Source: Amoeboaphelidium protococcarum X5
Taxonomy: Eukaryota > Fungi > Aphelidiomycota
NCBI GenBank assembly: GCA_023515725.1
Contig: JALDTO010000098.1
Location: 956,164 to 1,020,163, forward strand
Direction of reading: 5' to 3'
Length of the DNA stretch: 64,000 bases
Shown: piece after piece, positions 48,313-62,600 of the stretch
Numbering within the stretch: position 1 is the first letter of the stretch
Layout: each line of letters begins with the position of its first letter
Program-made: the position numbers and the translations under genes
The notes under the pieces: model-generated
Told to the model about the DNA's origin: nothing
Seen by the model: the letters and a program-made list of their open reading frames with translations, nothing else
Database searches by the model: none

Positions 48313-51300
48313 TCACGCATTCTTCTTGAGATATAGATTAAAGGTGGAGCCATTGATCTCAGTTTCTTCTACAATATCCGTCACTTGGCTGTCATCCGGC
48401 AGTTACGATGGGGCTGATTTGAACATACTGACTAAAGTGTCCTTCTAAGTTTTCAACATCTCATTGACTTGGTCATCCAGATCATTGACAAACTTGTAAT
48501 AGACATCAACAGAGTCAGTCTACACAAAACCAGCCTTTCTTCTCAACTTTTACACGCGATTGATCCACTCACGAGCCAATCCTTCCTGAAGTAGCTACTT
48601 GTCCAGAGTGGTGTCAAGCAGAATCAACGCATCCTTATCACTGTTGGACTCATAATTCCCACTTGAAGCGCTAGCATCAAAGAATCTTCCTACACTGAGT
48701 TCTTCATTCGTCAAGTCAAATCCTGCCAATTGAATCTTATTCGCCGTCATAAACTACTTGACCTCCTGCGAACTAAGATCATTTAGAGCATTCTTAATTT
48801 TGGCAGCGTCCTTTCTAAACTTGAGACCCAGTACTTTATTCTCAGGCTGGATTTTGTACCTCACACCATACTACTCTTCATCCTGAGTTAAAGTGATCGT
48901 TCTAACGTTCAACTCTTCTTTGATGTAGCTCTCCAGTCTCTGGATATCCTGCTTGTACTCCTCAGATTGGTAAATGATCACCAGCTCTCTCAATGGCTAC
49001 CTCAAAGAAATATTCTTCTGCTCTCTTGTCTACCTACCCAACAAGATCACAGTCTACATTCTACCAACTGCACGCTCAGTCTCCTAGTCAAAGTACTCCT
49101 ATCTCACACTCGGAAAGTCGATAAAGTGGACTGAACGCGTATCTTTAAACTACTTGTTAAATGCACTATCAGCAGGTAAGAACTACTTCAGGCCTTGGTA
49201 CATATTTTCACAGAGAAATGGAGTAAACGGAGCCATGGCACGCGTCAAGGTTAATAGAACTTCGAACAGAGTATTCAAAGCCACTTAAGTCTCCTCTGAG
49301 CCATTCTCACCTTTCAAACGCTTTCGATTGAATCTAATGTACCAGTTGGTGATACTATCAATCAACTTCAACAGCTTTGGCACCACAGTGTACAATCTGT
49401 AGGCGGCCATCTCAGCACGCACAAATTGAATCAGCGATTGTGTAGATCCCAAAATCCACTTGTCCATAAGATTATCCAGCTGTGACACATTCTCATTGTA
49501 CATGAAATCAATACCTGTGTCCTTCTTCAGTAACAAAGCCTAGGCGGCAAAGAATTTAAAAGAATTCACCCACGGGGATAGAACATCCTTCAAAACTTCC
49601 AAGACACCATCCTCCTTAAACTTCAGAGTCTCCGCACGAACAACAGGCGAATTAATCAAGTATAGGCGAAGAGCATCAGCACCATAAGCTTCGATTACAT
49701 TAGAAGGCTCAGGATAGTTCTTCAACCTTTTGGACATTTTCTTACCGTCCGATGCCAGGACAAGACCATTCACAATCAGATTTTTGAATGGAGGCTAATC
49801 AAATAGATGCGTTGACAGGACCAACAGAGTATAAAACCAACCACGCGTCTAATCCAAACCTTCAGCTATAAAGTCAGCAGGGAATGACTACTCAAATACT
49901 TCCTTATTCTCAAATGGATAATGCTGTTGAGCATAAGGCATTGAACCACTCTCAAACCAGCAATCGAAAACTTCCTCGATTCTCTTCAAATTGCCTTTAC
50001 CCTTTTTGGATGGAATCTAAATATGATCAATGTTGTCTCTGTGCAGATCAGTGATGCCAGTCTGACCAGACAGCTACTCCAACTCTTCAACAGAGCCCAC
50101 ACAGACAATCTCCTCCATATCATCGCTCGCCCAAATTGGGATAGGTGTACCCCAATAACGGTTTCTACTAACTGCCCAATCTCGAGCATTAGCCAACCAG
50201 TTAGCAAACCTCTTCTCCTGCACAAAGTCCGGTACCCAATGAGTCAAACTATTATTCTTCAGCAGCTTGGGCACAATCTCTTCGACACGAACGAACCAAC
50301 ACGGGACAGCCTTGTAAATCAGAGGAGTGTCAGAACGCCAACAAAAAGGATAACTGTGAGATAACTGCGACTATCTTACAACTCTTCCCTGATTCTTCAG
50401 CTACTTCGTGATCAACTTATCAGCATCCTTGACGTAAACGCCCTTAAAGTCGGCAATCTTCTCCATATAGCAGCCACTTTCATCCACAGGACAATAACCA
50501 GTCTCACCTTTGGCAATGACTCCATTAGCTAGACAAACGCGGTAATCATCTTCACCAAATCCAGGTGCTTAATGGACAATACCAGTACCACTATCATCAG
50601 TGACGTAAGTATCACTCACAATCTTGAATGCAGACTCCTTCTTATCTGCGAAGTAACCAAATAGAGGCACATACTTCATACCAACCAACTCAGCACCTTT
50701 GTACTTCTTGATCACCTAGAACTTGGCCTTCTTAGGATCCTTGTACACAATCTCCAACCTCTTTTCTAAAAGAATCCAATTAGAGCCACTCTCCTCATCC
50801 TTGATCTGAACATAATCAAACTCAGGGTGAACACAGAGCGCAAGATTACTAGGCAATGTCCATGGAGTGGTGGTCCAAGCCAGCACAGAAACGTCAGGCT
50901 GATCAACCAAAGGAAATGACACTGTGACGGCAGGATCAAGCACATCCTTATAGTTTTGGTTGGCCTCAAAGTTACTCAATGGTGTATTACACGCAGTAGA
51001 GAACGGCATCACCTTAAATCCTTAATAAATTTGTCCCTTTTCAAACAGCTGTTTAAATACCCACCACACGCTCTCCATGTACGAAGTGTTCAGAGTTTTG
51101 TAGTCATTCTCAAAGTCAATCCATCTACCCATTCTCTCCACCGTAATCTCCCACTCTTTGGCATATCTCATCACGATAGAGCGACACTCTGCGTTATACT
51201 TATCAATGCCCAACTTCATGACATCGTCCTTGTTCTTGATCCCCAACTTCTTGTCAATCTCATATTCCACCGGAAGACCATGAGTATCCCAGCCGAACCT

Positions 51301-51588
51301 TCTCTCCACATAATGGCCAGTCTGAGCAGCATAACGCGTCACAGTATCTTTAATCGTTCCCGTTAGCAGATGACCATAATGAGGCAGACCAGTAGCAAAA
51401 GGTGGACCATCATAGAAAGAGTATCTCGGCTTGCCTTCACCAAGTTTAGTTTAAGTCTTGAACGCGTCCACGGAACGCCAAAATTCTAATACCTTGCGTT
51501 CCTCAGCAGCAAATTCATGCCTCATCAGAGTCAAGTTTGGATTTTTGACATCAGCCAAGTGACACTTTGAGCTTTAATCAGATGTCAT
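48313..51588 (-). CDS. ILS1: Cytosolic isoleucyl-tRNA synthetase, 1091 aa
   Basis: [15 protein letters not shown] (HIGH), [49 protein letters not shown]. Confidence 0.97.
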
Positions 51589-51976
51589 CTCGATTACTAG
51601 TATTCCTCAAATTTAATAGTCAGTTTGCTGTTAAATTAAAATAGCGAGGCTTAGACAAAGAGATTTCGGTTGATCTGGAAGGCAAAAGAATGCGAAAGGC
51701 GCGTGCAATCAGATCCGATGCTCTATTTATGGAAAGCACCAGCGACGGAGCCTAGAGATAACGATTGACACTTCAGTGCTGTTTCAGATAGTGAGACAAT
51801 CCGACGAGGCGTAAACGCGATCATTTCCAATCTCGGAAGTTATCGTCTGTTTCAGTAAGTGAAACGGATTGCGTGAGGCGGATAGATTAGATGTCTCAAC
51901 CTGGACTTCTCCTCTTTCACATATACTTAACATTTATAACATTTCCATTAAGTGAACATCTATTCATAGCATTATT

Positions 51977-53345
51977 ATGACACAAAGAAGTACTCAAAAG
52001 TCTACTCAACAGACTCAGCATACTCAATTGGAGCCAACAATTCCTGAAGAACGCGTTGAATCTCAGGAACTGTTGGAAGATGAGGTAAGTTCAATCAATG
52101 TCACTCTGTACTATTTCAATGCTTTATTAGTGTACATGTAGGAATGCTTCTTTCAAGATATTGATGAGTTACAAAACCAAGGCATCAATGCAAGTGACAT
52201 ACAAAAGTTGAAGGTTGCTGGTGTGTGCACTGTACGGTAAGGCGTGTTTTGTGAGACCAAGTAGCGTTTCAACGTCGCACGCGTTTCACTGATCTGACTT
52301 GTAGTGGAGTGATGATGTGCGCCAAGAAGAATCTTTTGAAGATCAAAGGCTTATCTGAGGCTAAAGTTGACAAGATTCGTGAAGCTGCCAGCAAGATGAC
52401 GGTTGGTTTGCCGTATACTACTTCTTAACTTACTTTGATTGTTATCATACGTGATGAGTGTAGGACTGTGGCTTTATGACTGCGATGGAATGTGCTGTTC
52501 GTCGTCAAAGTGTTCTTAGAATAACAACTGGTAGTGCTGAGTTTGATAAGTTATTGGGTGGAGGTGTCTAGTCTATGCAAATCACTGAGGTGTTTGGAGA
52601 GTTCAGAACTGGCAAGACGCAATTGTCTCACACTTTGTGTGTCGCATGTCAACTTGATACGAGTCAAGGTGGCGCTGGCGGTAAGGCTGCCTACATCGAC
52701 ACCGAGGGAACGTTCCGTCCAAACAGAATTTCTCAAATTGCGACAAGATTTGGACTGGATCCTGAGGAAGCTGCTGAGAACGTTATCTATGCGCGTGCGT
52801 ATAACTGTGAACATTAGATGGAGCTGATCACCCTGCTGGCTGCGCGTTTTGCTGAAGAACGTGGTGTATACCGTCTCTTGGTTGTGGACTCTATAATAGC
52901 TTTGTTCCGTTCTGACTACACTGGTATGTGTATTTGTATAATTGATTTGTATTTAGATGTACAAAAGTGTAGGACGTGGTGAATTGGGCGAACGTCAACA
53001 AAAGTTGAATCAAATGCTGTCTCGTTTGATCAAGATCTCGGAGGAGTTCAACATTGCGGTATTCATCACCAACCAGATGACCTCTGATCCTGGTGCTGCG
53101 TTATCATTTGTTCCCGATCCAAAAAAGGTAAGTGTTTTATCATGGTTATAGAGACATTAACATCTTTATACTCTTTGTAGGCTGTCGGTGGACATATTCT
53201 GGCTCATGCATCTTCAACGAGAATTGCGCTTCGCAAGGGCCGTGCTGAGACTCGTATTGCCAAGATCAATGACAGCGCAGATATGCCTGAAGGCGAGGCT
53301 GTCTATGCTATTAGTGAAGGCGGTATAATCGATGCTAGTGAATGA
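51977..53345 (+). CDS. DMC1: Meiotic recombinase Dmc1; five introns
   Basis: [79 protein letters not shown] (Dmc1-type rather than Rad51-type residues). Confidence 0.93.
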
Positions 53346-53498
53346 TATGGATAAGCGGGCATGATATTTAAATCAACAACTAAATTTAGATCCATTTTTC
53401 TAATTCATACACTCTTTTCTCATCATCAATATTCGGAATCATACTATACAGCATCATTATAATCAAAGTCATCTTTCTACAGGTCCGCACTATAAAAT

Positions 53499-54335
53499 TC
53501 ACTTAGCCGCTCTAGTTACGCGTTTAGGAGTAGCAACTGACGCAGAAGATTTTTTGGCTGTGCCAGCCTTTTTAGCAGAACCTGAAGATTTATCGCTTTT
53601 AGTACCAGATGCACCAGACTTCTTCACAGAGCCCACTGAATTCTTTTTCTCCTTTTTACCAGACAATGGCTTCTTTGCTGGCGAGGATGCACTAGATTTT
53701 TTCGCCGTTACGGCAGGTGAATCAGCTTTATTTTTCGGTGTGGATGGAGGTGTTGCAATTGGAGAAGACTTTCCCGCAGCAGATACTTTGCGCTTCTTAG
53801 TCACGGGTGTCTCCACAGTATCGTTGGCATTCTTTTTAGCGGCTGAACTTTGCTTACTCGTGGATTATCTGCCTGATGATTTTTTGCCAGACCCAGAAGT
53901 AATCTTCTCATTACTCACCTGAGCAGCTTTCCTTTTACTCCCAGCCTTGATCTACCCAGTTGCTTGCTTTGAACCAGATGGCTTCTTCTTCGCGGCTGGT
54001 GTTGCGGCACCCTTCTTGGTGGTGCTGCCCTTTGCTTTGGCAGCTGCTGCGATAGGCTTCTTCTTGGCACTAACTTTCGCAGTCTTCTTAGCAGAACTCT
54101 TCTTCTCCACCGTCTTACCAGTCGAGCTTTTCTAGCTACTCACACCACTGTTCAAGTCAGAATCATAACCTTCACCATCATCATCTCTCATAGATCTTGA
54201 TCCAATGCTTGATCTACTGCTAACCTTCTTAACTTGTTTCACATTGCCAGAGGACTTTTTCGAAACGGGCTTTCTCACTGCAGCTCTATCAAACTGAGTC
54301 TGCTGTTATTGTTCTGCTGATAATACTCCTCCCAT
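53499..54335 (-). CDS. Lys/Ala/Ser-rich basic low-complexity protein (histone H1 tail-like), 278 aa
   Basis: ORF ATG54335-TGA53499. MGGVLS start. KKSSAKKTAK, AAKKKP, TPKR/SPAKK motifs. No globular H15 domain recognised. Confidence 0.75.
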
Positions 54336-54747
54336 AGTAGCGATTGGTGTAAGTTCAAATAATTAATTACTATAGTTTCAGTCGCTTGGAGACTATATAA
54401 ATATATCTGTAGAGTTAATTGTTACGACGAAAAGTCTGTAATGGCAGAAGCGCTGAGAGTTTAAATAGAGGCTGTGCTGTTTGTTTGTTCGTTTGTTTCA
54501 CCTTGGAGTTCGCTGCCTCAGCCATTGATTGTGTTTGTTTAGCAAGTCCGTTGCTACAATGAATGAATTTAACGATTTTCCAACCGCTTGAAATACAGTT
54601 GTGTTTAAGTAATTAGAAATTGGTTGTATAAATTTATTTTAATTGGAGCAATCAGTCTATATGTTTGCATATGCCAATCGTAACGCGCGCTTGTAACTCT
54701 CAAACAATCATACATTTCAATAAATCGCGGAATCAATAACCTCTATA

Positions 54748-56493
54748 ATGGCTGATATTATAGTGCATGAACCGCGTTAATTTAGAGTTGAAGAATTCGA
54801 TCCTAAATTCATTTATCTATTGAACGTAACTAAAGATAATATAGAAAGTGTCGCGTTAAATGAAGTTGGTTTATAATGGATCCCGTTGATAGAATGCGTG
54901 TCAATCTAAAGTGAACTGGATTTCCTGCTTGGCTGGTTTGAGTATTGCGGCATTCAAGTAATTTATCTAAATATTACGTCTGATAAACAGAATAATGATA
55001 GCGCGTAAATGTTTGATATAATACGGACAGTGCAGTATATCTTAAAAAGATCCAAATTCAATATTTGGATTCGAATGAACATTAGCGTGGAATCTTGGCG
55101 TTGCTGGTTGTAGATATCGCGTGCCTTGGACTATATTACACGTCTTCATCTCTTAATCAAATATGATAAGACTGTTTGCGTGGAACTATTGAGGCTATAT
55201 GCCGGTGAGCCAGTATCGGCAATTGAGCTACTTGATGCGGATTTACAAGGCGTTGAAGAGTTTATTCCGTTGAAGTTTCTGATTAGATATAAAAATGTCA
55301 CTTTCGTTCTCAGACGTGAGAGTTTAGATTAGAATGTTGATAATATCGTATAGTATAAATAATAGCTGGCGTTGAATAGGAATGAATATTAGTAGAAAGT
55401 GGACCAGTATCACGATATTCTCCAGGTGCCTATGAAGCCAGCGAGCGATTACTTGTCTGATTATTCGTACAATATGTTTCTGGAAGACCGAGTCAAGTAT
55501 GATCAGTATAGGAACGCTTTTATCTAGTGGCTTTAGTGCAATAACTCACTCTAATCTTATTCTATTCTTAATGTTGGAACTGGTTCTTAAGCTCCGTTGA
55601 TATTCCAATTTATACAAGCGATAAAAGTTGTGGGTTTTGACATTAGAAAGTTCAAGTTTTATGCCATGGACAGGAATATATATGCTGCTAGGGCGTTGTA
55701 CCGGCTGATAATAAAGTACGAATTGCAACATGTAGTTATATGCTTACCACCTGCTGATATAAGACATGTTAATCGCGAGTACTTCACGGAGGCTGATCCA
55801 CATTTTGGCGGCTTTGATCTTGTGATTAGCGAATTGCTCGGATCCTTCGGAGATAATGAATTGTGCCCAGAGTGTCTGCATCCCACTTAAAAGTTTCTAA
55901 AAGCGGGCTCTCATTAGCAATATATTCCCTATAAATACTCTTCATACATTCAACCTATTACCTCGACAGTGTTAAAGCAAAAAGTTCGAGAGCTGAGTAT
56001 GCAGAATCCGTAAATAGCATTGTGCACTCCCTTCGTAGTGAATATGAAGCAATATACCAGTGTAAGAGTGGAAGCAGCTAAAGTTTGGGAATTCGCTCAT
56101 CCATTGTCGGAGTAGGAGACTTTTACACGCGTGTCTGGTGTTCACGTATTCTAGAACTAGTATGGTACACCTGTTAGACTGGATGCCATTGCTGGCTACT
56201 TTGATTGTGAATTGATTTAGGATTCTTTATCTAGTGATACGTTAATCTCAATAGTCCCAGAATCTAAAACTGATGGACTCAACAGCTGGTTTCCTATCCT
56301 GTTTAACCTTGAAAAGTCGGTTGTCGTTGAGCCGTCCTAAAGTGTTTGTGTATAATTTAGAAGATATCGAGATTCGAATTCAATGTGGTACGAATGGCAG
56401 GTTCAAATACACGGCGACATGATAGATGAAGTCCGCCACGTCTCAAAGGTATAAAATCTGAATGGTCAACATTACAAAGTGGAATTGAAATGA
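54748..56493 (+). CDS. Divergent PRMT5/Hsl7/Skb1-family arginine methyltransferase, 581 aa
   Basis: LQVPMKPASDYL..YNMFLEDRVKYDQY, DLVISELLGSFGDNELCPECL, IPYKYSSYIQPI, WEFAHP, GYFDCEL, SWFPI, WYEW. Confidence 0.87.
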
Positions 56494-56655
56494 TTCTACA
56501 TTAGTAGCTAAAGTAACAGTGCATTATAAAAAGCAAGACGTAAAGTTTAGTAAACATTTTTTATTACTCATTTCTCATATTTATCTTCTCATATCATTCA
56601 TCATCAGTATTGTCCATCATTCAAAACGTAAATATACAAGTCCTCAGTGTCAAAA

Positions 56656-59600
56656 TCACAAGGTTGGAGGCGTAGCTCTAGCAGTGGCTCTAAAGCGTTC
56701 CATTTCTCTTTCCAGGCGAGTAGACTTCTCACGATGATCTTCAGCATCACGCTCAGCTCTCTTCTTTGCCAGTTGTAAGTCACTTTCACGTCCCTCCAAG
56801 TCCATGATATCCTGCTTCATCTTGCGCAACTTATCTTGAGTCTTGTTGATCTCATCATCTTGGCGCTAGCGGATACGCTCCTTCTCAGCCACCTGACTCT
56901 GCAGATCACGAATTAATCTCTCATTACGTCTGCTGCTCTGCTACAAATCGTCCCTCTCACGAGTAACCTTATCAAGCTGAGCAGTCATGTCGTACAACTT
57001 GGACTCCAACTTCTTGAAATTCTTATTCATATCACCCTTGACAGCAGATTCCAAGTCAACAATACGCAACTGATACTCTTTATTAGTCTTCTCCAACTGA
57101 GCATTTGAGCGAGACAGATCATTTACGGCATCCTTCTCTCTTTGCAACTATGCGGTCAATTCTGCACGGGCTTGTTCAGCAATACGAGCCTTATCACCTT
57201 CAGTGTCAGCCTGTTCACGAGCCTCATCAATGTGACTCTTCAACTCGCGATTCTCATTCTCAAGCACAATATTGTTCTTTTCCAAGGTCAGCTTGACCTG
57301 ATTAACAGAAGTGAATTGCTCATTCAATTCCTCATAACGGGCATCGACACCTCTCTTTGACTTCTCCAGCAAATTCTTCTCAGTCTCAATCTCCTCCAAC
57401 TGTATACGCAGTTCTCTTAATTGAGTAGACAGAGTGTTGGACATGTTCTGTAACTAGTCCTGGCTTGCCAAAGACAGTTCATAGGCGCGGCTAAGCTCTT
57501 GCAGCTTCTGCTCATATCTATCCTTCTCCTTCTACCAATTAGAGTTTCCACGAGTCTCTTCTTGCAATTTAGAGTTGAGAGCACTTACAGTCGACTGGAC
57601 ATCGCGGTAATTCTCCTTGATCTACAATGCATTCTGCTTCTCTTGATCCAACTAGTCAGCCAAAGCTTTGCTCTCAGTCTAGTACTTGCGACGCAATTCT
57701 TCAATCTCAGCCTCGCGCTCTTCATACTCGTGACGATAACGATCTCTTTCTTCACTTAGGTCAGCAGTCAATTTCTCCTTAGCCAGACGGAGTTCTGCCA
57801 ATTCAACTTACTCCTCTTCAGTGCGATCCTGAATATCCAATAACTGAGCCTCGGCAGACTTGGCTTTCTACTCGGCATCCAAACGCTCCTACAATGCCTC
57901 ACTCAAAGTCTCCTCAACCTCCTGGATCTGCACTCTCAATGAACTCTCAGCCTTCTCAGCTTTGATTCTTGCAATCTCAGACTACTCAAGCTTTGTTACA
58001 GTCTCTTCGTACTTGGCCTTGTATAAACTGATAGATTCCTCCAATTCTCTAACCTTAACATCAGAAGTATCTAATCTCATCTACACCTCCTTCAACTCAG
58101 TGCCAATCTTGCGGCGGTTGGAAGCTTCATCATTCTTACTAGCAATTTCAGTCTCAAGGCGCTACTTCAAGTCAGAAACGTCAGCTTGCAACATCTTCTG
58201 CTACTTTTCGTAGTCGACCACCTGCTGCTTCTTTTCCTACAACTCAGCCTCAACCAAACGCTAAGAGGCAATGATAGCACGCTTAGAATCTTCCAGCTTT
58301 TGCAGCTTCTCCTCATATTCGTTCTAAATCTGAGAACGTGCAACTCCATCATCAACAGTGCGAGACATTTAAGATAGCTCAGCCTTCTCGCGCTCTTCAT
58401 TCTCCAGCTGCTCTCTTAGAGATTCAACTTCTTGCTCGAGACGCTTCTTGGCTTCACTCAGAGCAGCTTTAGAGCCTTCTCCTCCATCCAGCTCCTCTTG
58501 CAATTCGCTTATACGCTTCTCCAGCTATCTGCGATCTCTATCAGAAGTGTCCAGCTGCTTTTCGAGCTTCTCAACCTCGGCCATTAAAGAATTAGCCTTA
58601 CGCTCGTGCCTATTCGCCATTTCTTCATAATTGACACGGACTTTACGCTCGTCATCAATCTTCACCTGAAGCTCACGCACAGTCTGCTCAGCCTTCTTTC
58701 TAGCCTTATCAATATCAGTCTTGCTTCTGGAATCTCTGTCATTGGTTGACATGAATTCATCAATCTGAGCCTCCAACTTCTTCTTCTAACGCACAAGTTC
58801 ATTCTTGGTTGCCTGCTCCTGATCCAATTACTCACCCAGTGCATTGATCTCCTTAAGAAGCATCTTTCTAGTTTCCTCCAGCTAACCATCCTTGGCCAAG
58901 ATTTCAGATTCCATTCTGACGCGATAATCTGCCAATGCCTCCTCTACTCTCTTCTTGGAATCTTCTGCGACACGACGGTTGTTTTCTTCTTCCTCCAACT
59001 AAGCTTCAAGCTCCTAGACTCTTTGTTCATAGCGTCTCTTGGTCTTCTCCAACTCATGCACATTACGGCCACCATCACCAATCTCGTCTACTAGAGCACG
59101 AAGTTCAGACTCAACATTCTCCTTCGACTTGGTCAGACTGTAGATCTGCTGATCCTTCGCCTCAACTTCACTGGTAAGAGCTTCAACAGTTGACTACAGA
59201 CGACGTTGCATAGATTCTTGAGATTCGCGCTGGCGACGCTCAGACTCCAAAGCCGAATTCACATTGCGCAACTCGGTCTCCGCAGCCTTGGCTGAACGCT
59301 CTGCACTCTTGATGGATGAGATCTAACGTTCAACTTCAACACGCAGATCGTCAACTTCAGCAGTTAATCTGATTCTGGATTTCTCAGACGAGGACAGACG
59401 GCTCTCGGTGTCGCTGAGACGCGCAGATAGATCAGAAATCTCTTTTTCCAGACGAGCTTTAGCCTTTTCCAGAAGTTCCATCTTTTCAGCATCTTCAACA
59501 GATACGCGACCGCTTAAGGATTCAATCTCGGTTGCTTTCAGAGCCAATTCACGCTATAACTCCAAACGTGCAGTCTCTTCTTCATCCAATCTTGCTTGCA

Positions 59601-62600
59601 GTTCCACCAGATCATTAGTAATCTTTTTCCTGTTCGCCTCCAAACTATTCACCTTTCTCGTGGACTCATCCAACTCGGTAGTCAACTACTGGACCTACTT
59701 GTCCAATGAACTACGCTCACGCTCAGCCTTAGTATAGTTAGCCTCCACCTCTTCCAAGCGAGATTGTAACTGCACAGAGTTCTTATCCAGATTCTCACGA
59801 GCATACTTCAGATCGCTTAAGGCTTTCTCCTACTCTGCAGACCTAGTCTTGGTAGACTGCAGTTCACTCTCCAATTAGCGGCGAGCCTTCTCTAATTTAG
59901 CACGAGTCTCCTCAGCTTGAGCCAACTCATCAGTCAATGCGCGAACCTAAGTATCCAACTGAGATTTCTAGCGTTCAACATTGCTCTTCTCCTACTTAAT
60001 AGAGTCAATCTAAGAACGCAACTGGTCAATAGACTAAGCACTCTTCTTTCTCAGTTCCTCCAATTGAGCCAGAGCAGATTCCAACTGACGTCTCAAATCT
60101 TCAATTTCAGCTTCTCTCATACGACGAGCTTCAGACTGCTTGGATTCCTGATCACCCTTCTCCTCAACCAGAGCAGACATTTCAGCCAGCTCTTCCTCCA
60201 ATTTCTTCTTCTGCTTGTTCAACTTCTCACGCTCAACAATCTGCACTTCCAATTCGCCCTCGGCAGTGTCCAGCTTATTTGCCAACTCACGCCTCTGCTT
60301 GTCAATAGCATCTTTTTCACGCATCTCCTGGTCAAGACGAGCACTCAACTGGCCCAGCTCAGCATCCTTGCGCTTCACATTATTCTCAGCATCAGCACGC
60401 ATTCTATTGGATTCTGCTAGAGCATCTTTAGTCTACTTCAGCTCATTTTCCAAAGTCTATCTCTTCTTGCCCAAATCATTACGATCCTGTTCAGACTTTG
60501 AAATCTAGTCTTCCAACTCTGCCACCTAAGCCTGCAACTTGTTCTTCATCTTCAGCAACTCGGACTCCTTGTCATGTCCGGATTCCACAGAACGCTGCAG
60601 ATCCGACAAGTTGCCCTCCAGTCTCTTCTTTTCATCCGCCAAACGACTCTTGTCATCCTAAGCTGAATTCAAATCATTCTACAACTAATAGATCTGCTAG
60701 TCTTTCATAGTCTTATCCTTGTCCAGCTTATCAGTCAACTGACGTTCCTAATCCAACTAAGATTAGGTAGCTGCCAGCTGATCGGCATATGTCTTGCGAT
60801 GAGTCTTGACTTCCTCCAACTGACTCTCCATGATCTCGTACGCCTAAGTGACTGCTTTCAGCTCTTCTTCCAACTCGACCAGACGTCTCTAGGCACGGCT
60901 GAGAAGTTCTTATTGATCAGCAGCAGCAGTCTTTTCACTAGCAAGACTTTCTTCCAGTCTACGCTTCTACTCCTCCAAATCGCGGCTATTTTACTCTAAG
61001 CGATCCTTTTCATTGCTAATAGCCTTGGCTTGCTCCTCCAAGGATTTAATGGCCTCTTCACGTTTGCGCAATTCATCATCGGTACGGCTGACATTCAGCA
61101 GAGGTTTCACCTTGGAATACAATCTCCACCAGGACCATTCACGCAATTGAACAAAGATACGAGCATTACGCTAAATGACTCTGATACCCTTCAACTGGTC
61201 GAGACGTCTCTTGAACTTGCTACGACCCAGGAAACCACGACTGTAGGCCTAAAAACCAGAGATGATGGACGACAGTTTGTTATCACGCTGTTCTTCCAAC
61301 TGTGCCAAAACACCAGCTCTAAAGAACACCTTCGAGCTACCGATACGGTAAAGGTTCTCATCTAGATTCAAAGACTCTACCAAAGTCTAGGCGGCCTTCT
61401 TACCATCCATGTATCCCTTTGGAATCACTCCCTGAGCAAGAATCTCGTAACGATGACGGAATTCAGCAAATGGCAAACGAGATGGGAAACCTTGACGCAC
61501 AATACGAATACCTTCCAGCACACCATTACATCTCAACTAGTCGAGCACCAGATCGGCATCAATCTTACCAGGCTTCTTCTCCTCGTTAGGAATGATACAA
61601 CGCACAAAGTGAGGCTACGTAGAATACAACTAGTTCATCAAAGTGTTCAACTGCTCTCTATGACGCTGAGACACAGTTCTGAAAGCACCCTTCTTCACAG
61701 TGCTCACCACTCTACGAGTAGAATCGTCCTCCTCAGCCAAGTAGTCGGCAAACAGTGAGGCAACAAACTTCTCACTAGAATTAGCTAGCAACTTGGTGAT
61801 GTTATCATTCAGAGGATCTTTGTTCTTGTCCAACCAGCCGGCAGTCTTATACTCCACAGCAGACGCATAATGCTGCAGGATGAAGCCGTCACCAAATCTA
61901 GGCACTTCAAACTTGGATGATTTTCCCTTCCACAAACCAACCAACTTCTCGGTAAAAGACTTATCAGTAGCCTTTGGCATAACACAATCTTCATCCAACA
62001 GCGACAAAATACCGATAGGATTGGCCTTGTCAATCAGATCGATGGTAGGTTGCAAATCTAGACCAAAGTCGATAAACTTCCACTCAATACCTTCGCGCTT
62101 ATACTCTTCCTGCTCCATGATGAACATGTGATGATTGAAAAACTACTGCAATCTCTCGTTAGTGTAATTGATACACAACTATTCAAAACTGTTAACCTCA
62201 AAAATTTCAAAACCAGCAATATCCAGCACACCAATAAAGTAGGCACGAGAGGTAGGCTTATCGATGGCCTAATTGATACGATCAACCAGCTTGCCAAACA
62301 TACGTTCGTACAAACCACGAGCCAGAGCTTCAACGGAGTAGCTGACCTGAGATGGATTTCTAGCTTAAACCACAAAATCACGACCAGCCTTGATACGAGG
62401 CTTCAGCAAACCTTTAGTGAATTCTGCAACTGGAATACCAAACAAATGACACACCTTATCAACAACCTTCTAGGCAACATCAGTCAGCTGTGCCTAATCT
62501 TCACGATCAGCTACCAGAGTAATGTTGCCCAAATGCATGATGGCTGCAATACAACGGAAAAACTCAAACTACTCTTCAGAAGTAATACCCATGATATTGA

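Noticed and set aside
56656-61000. Myosin II tail longer than in animal myosin II
   Set aside because: Heavy chains of roughly this length are normal in filamentous fungi.
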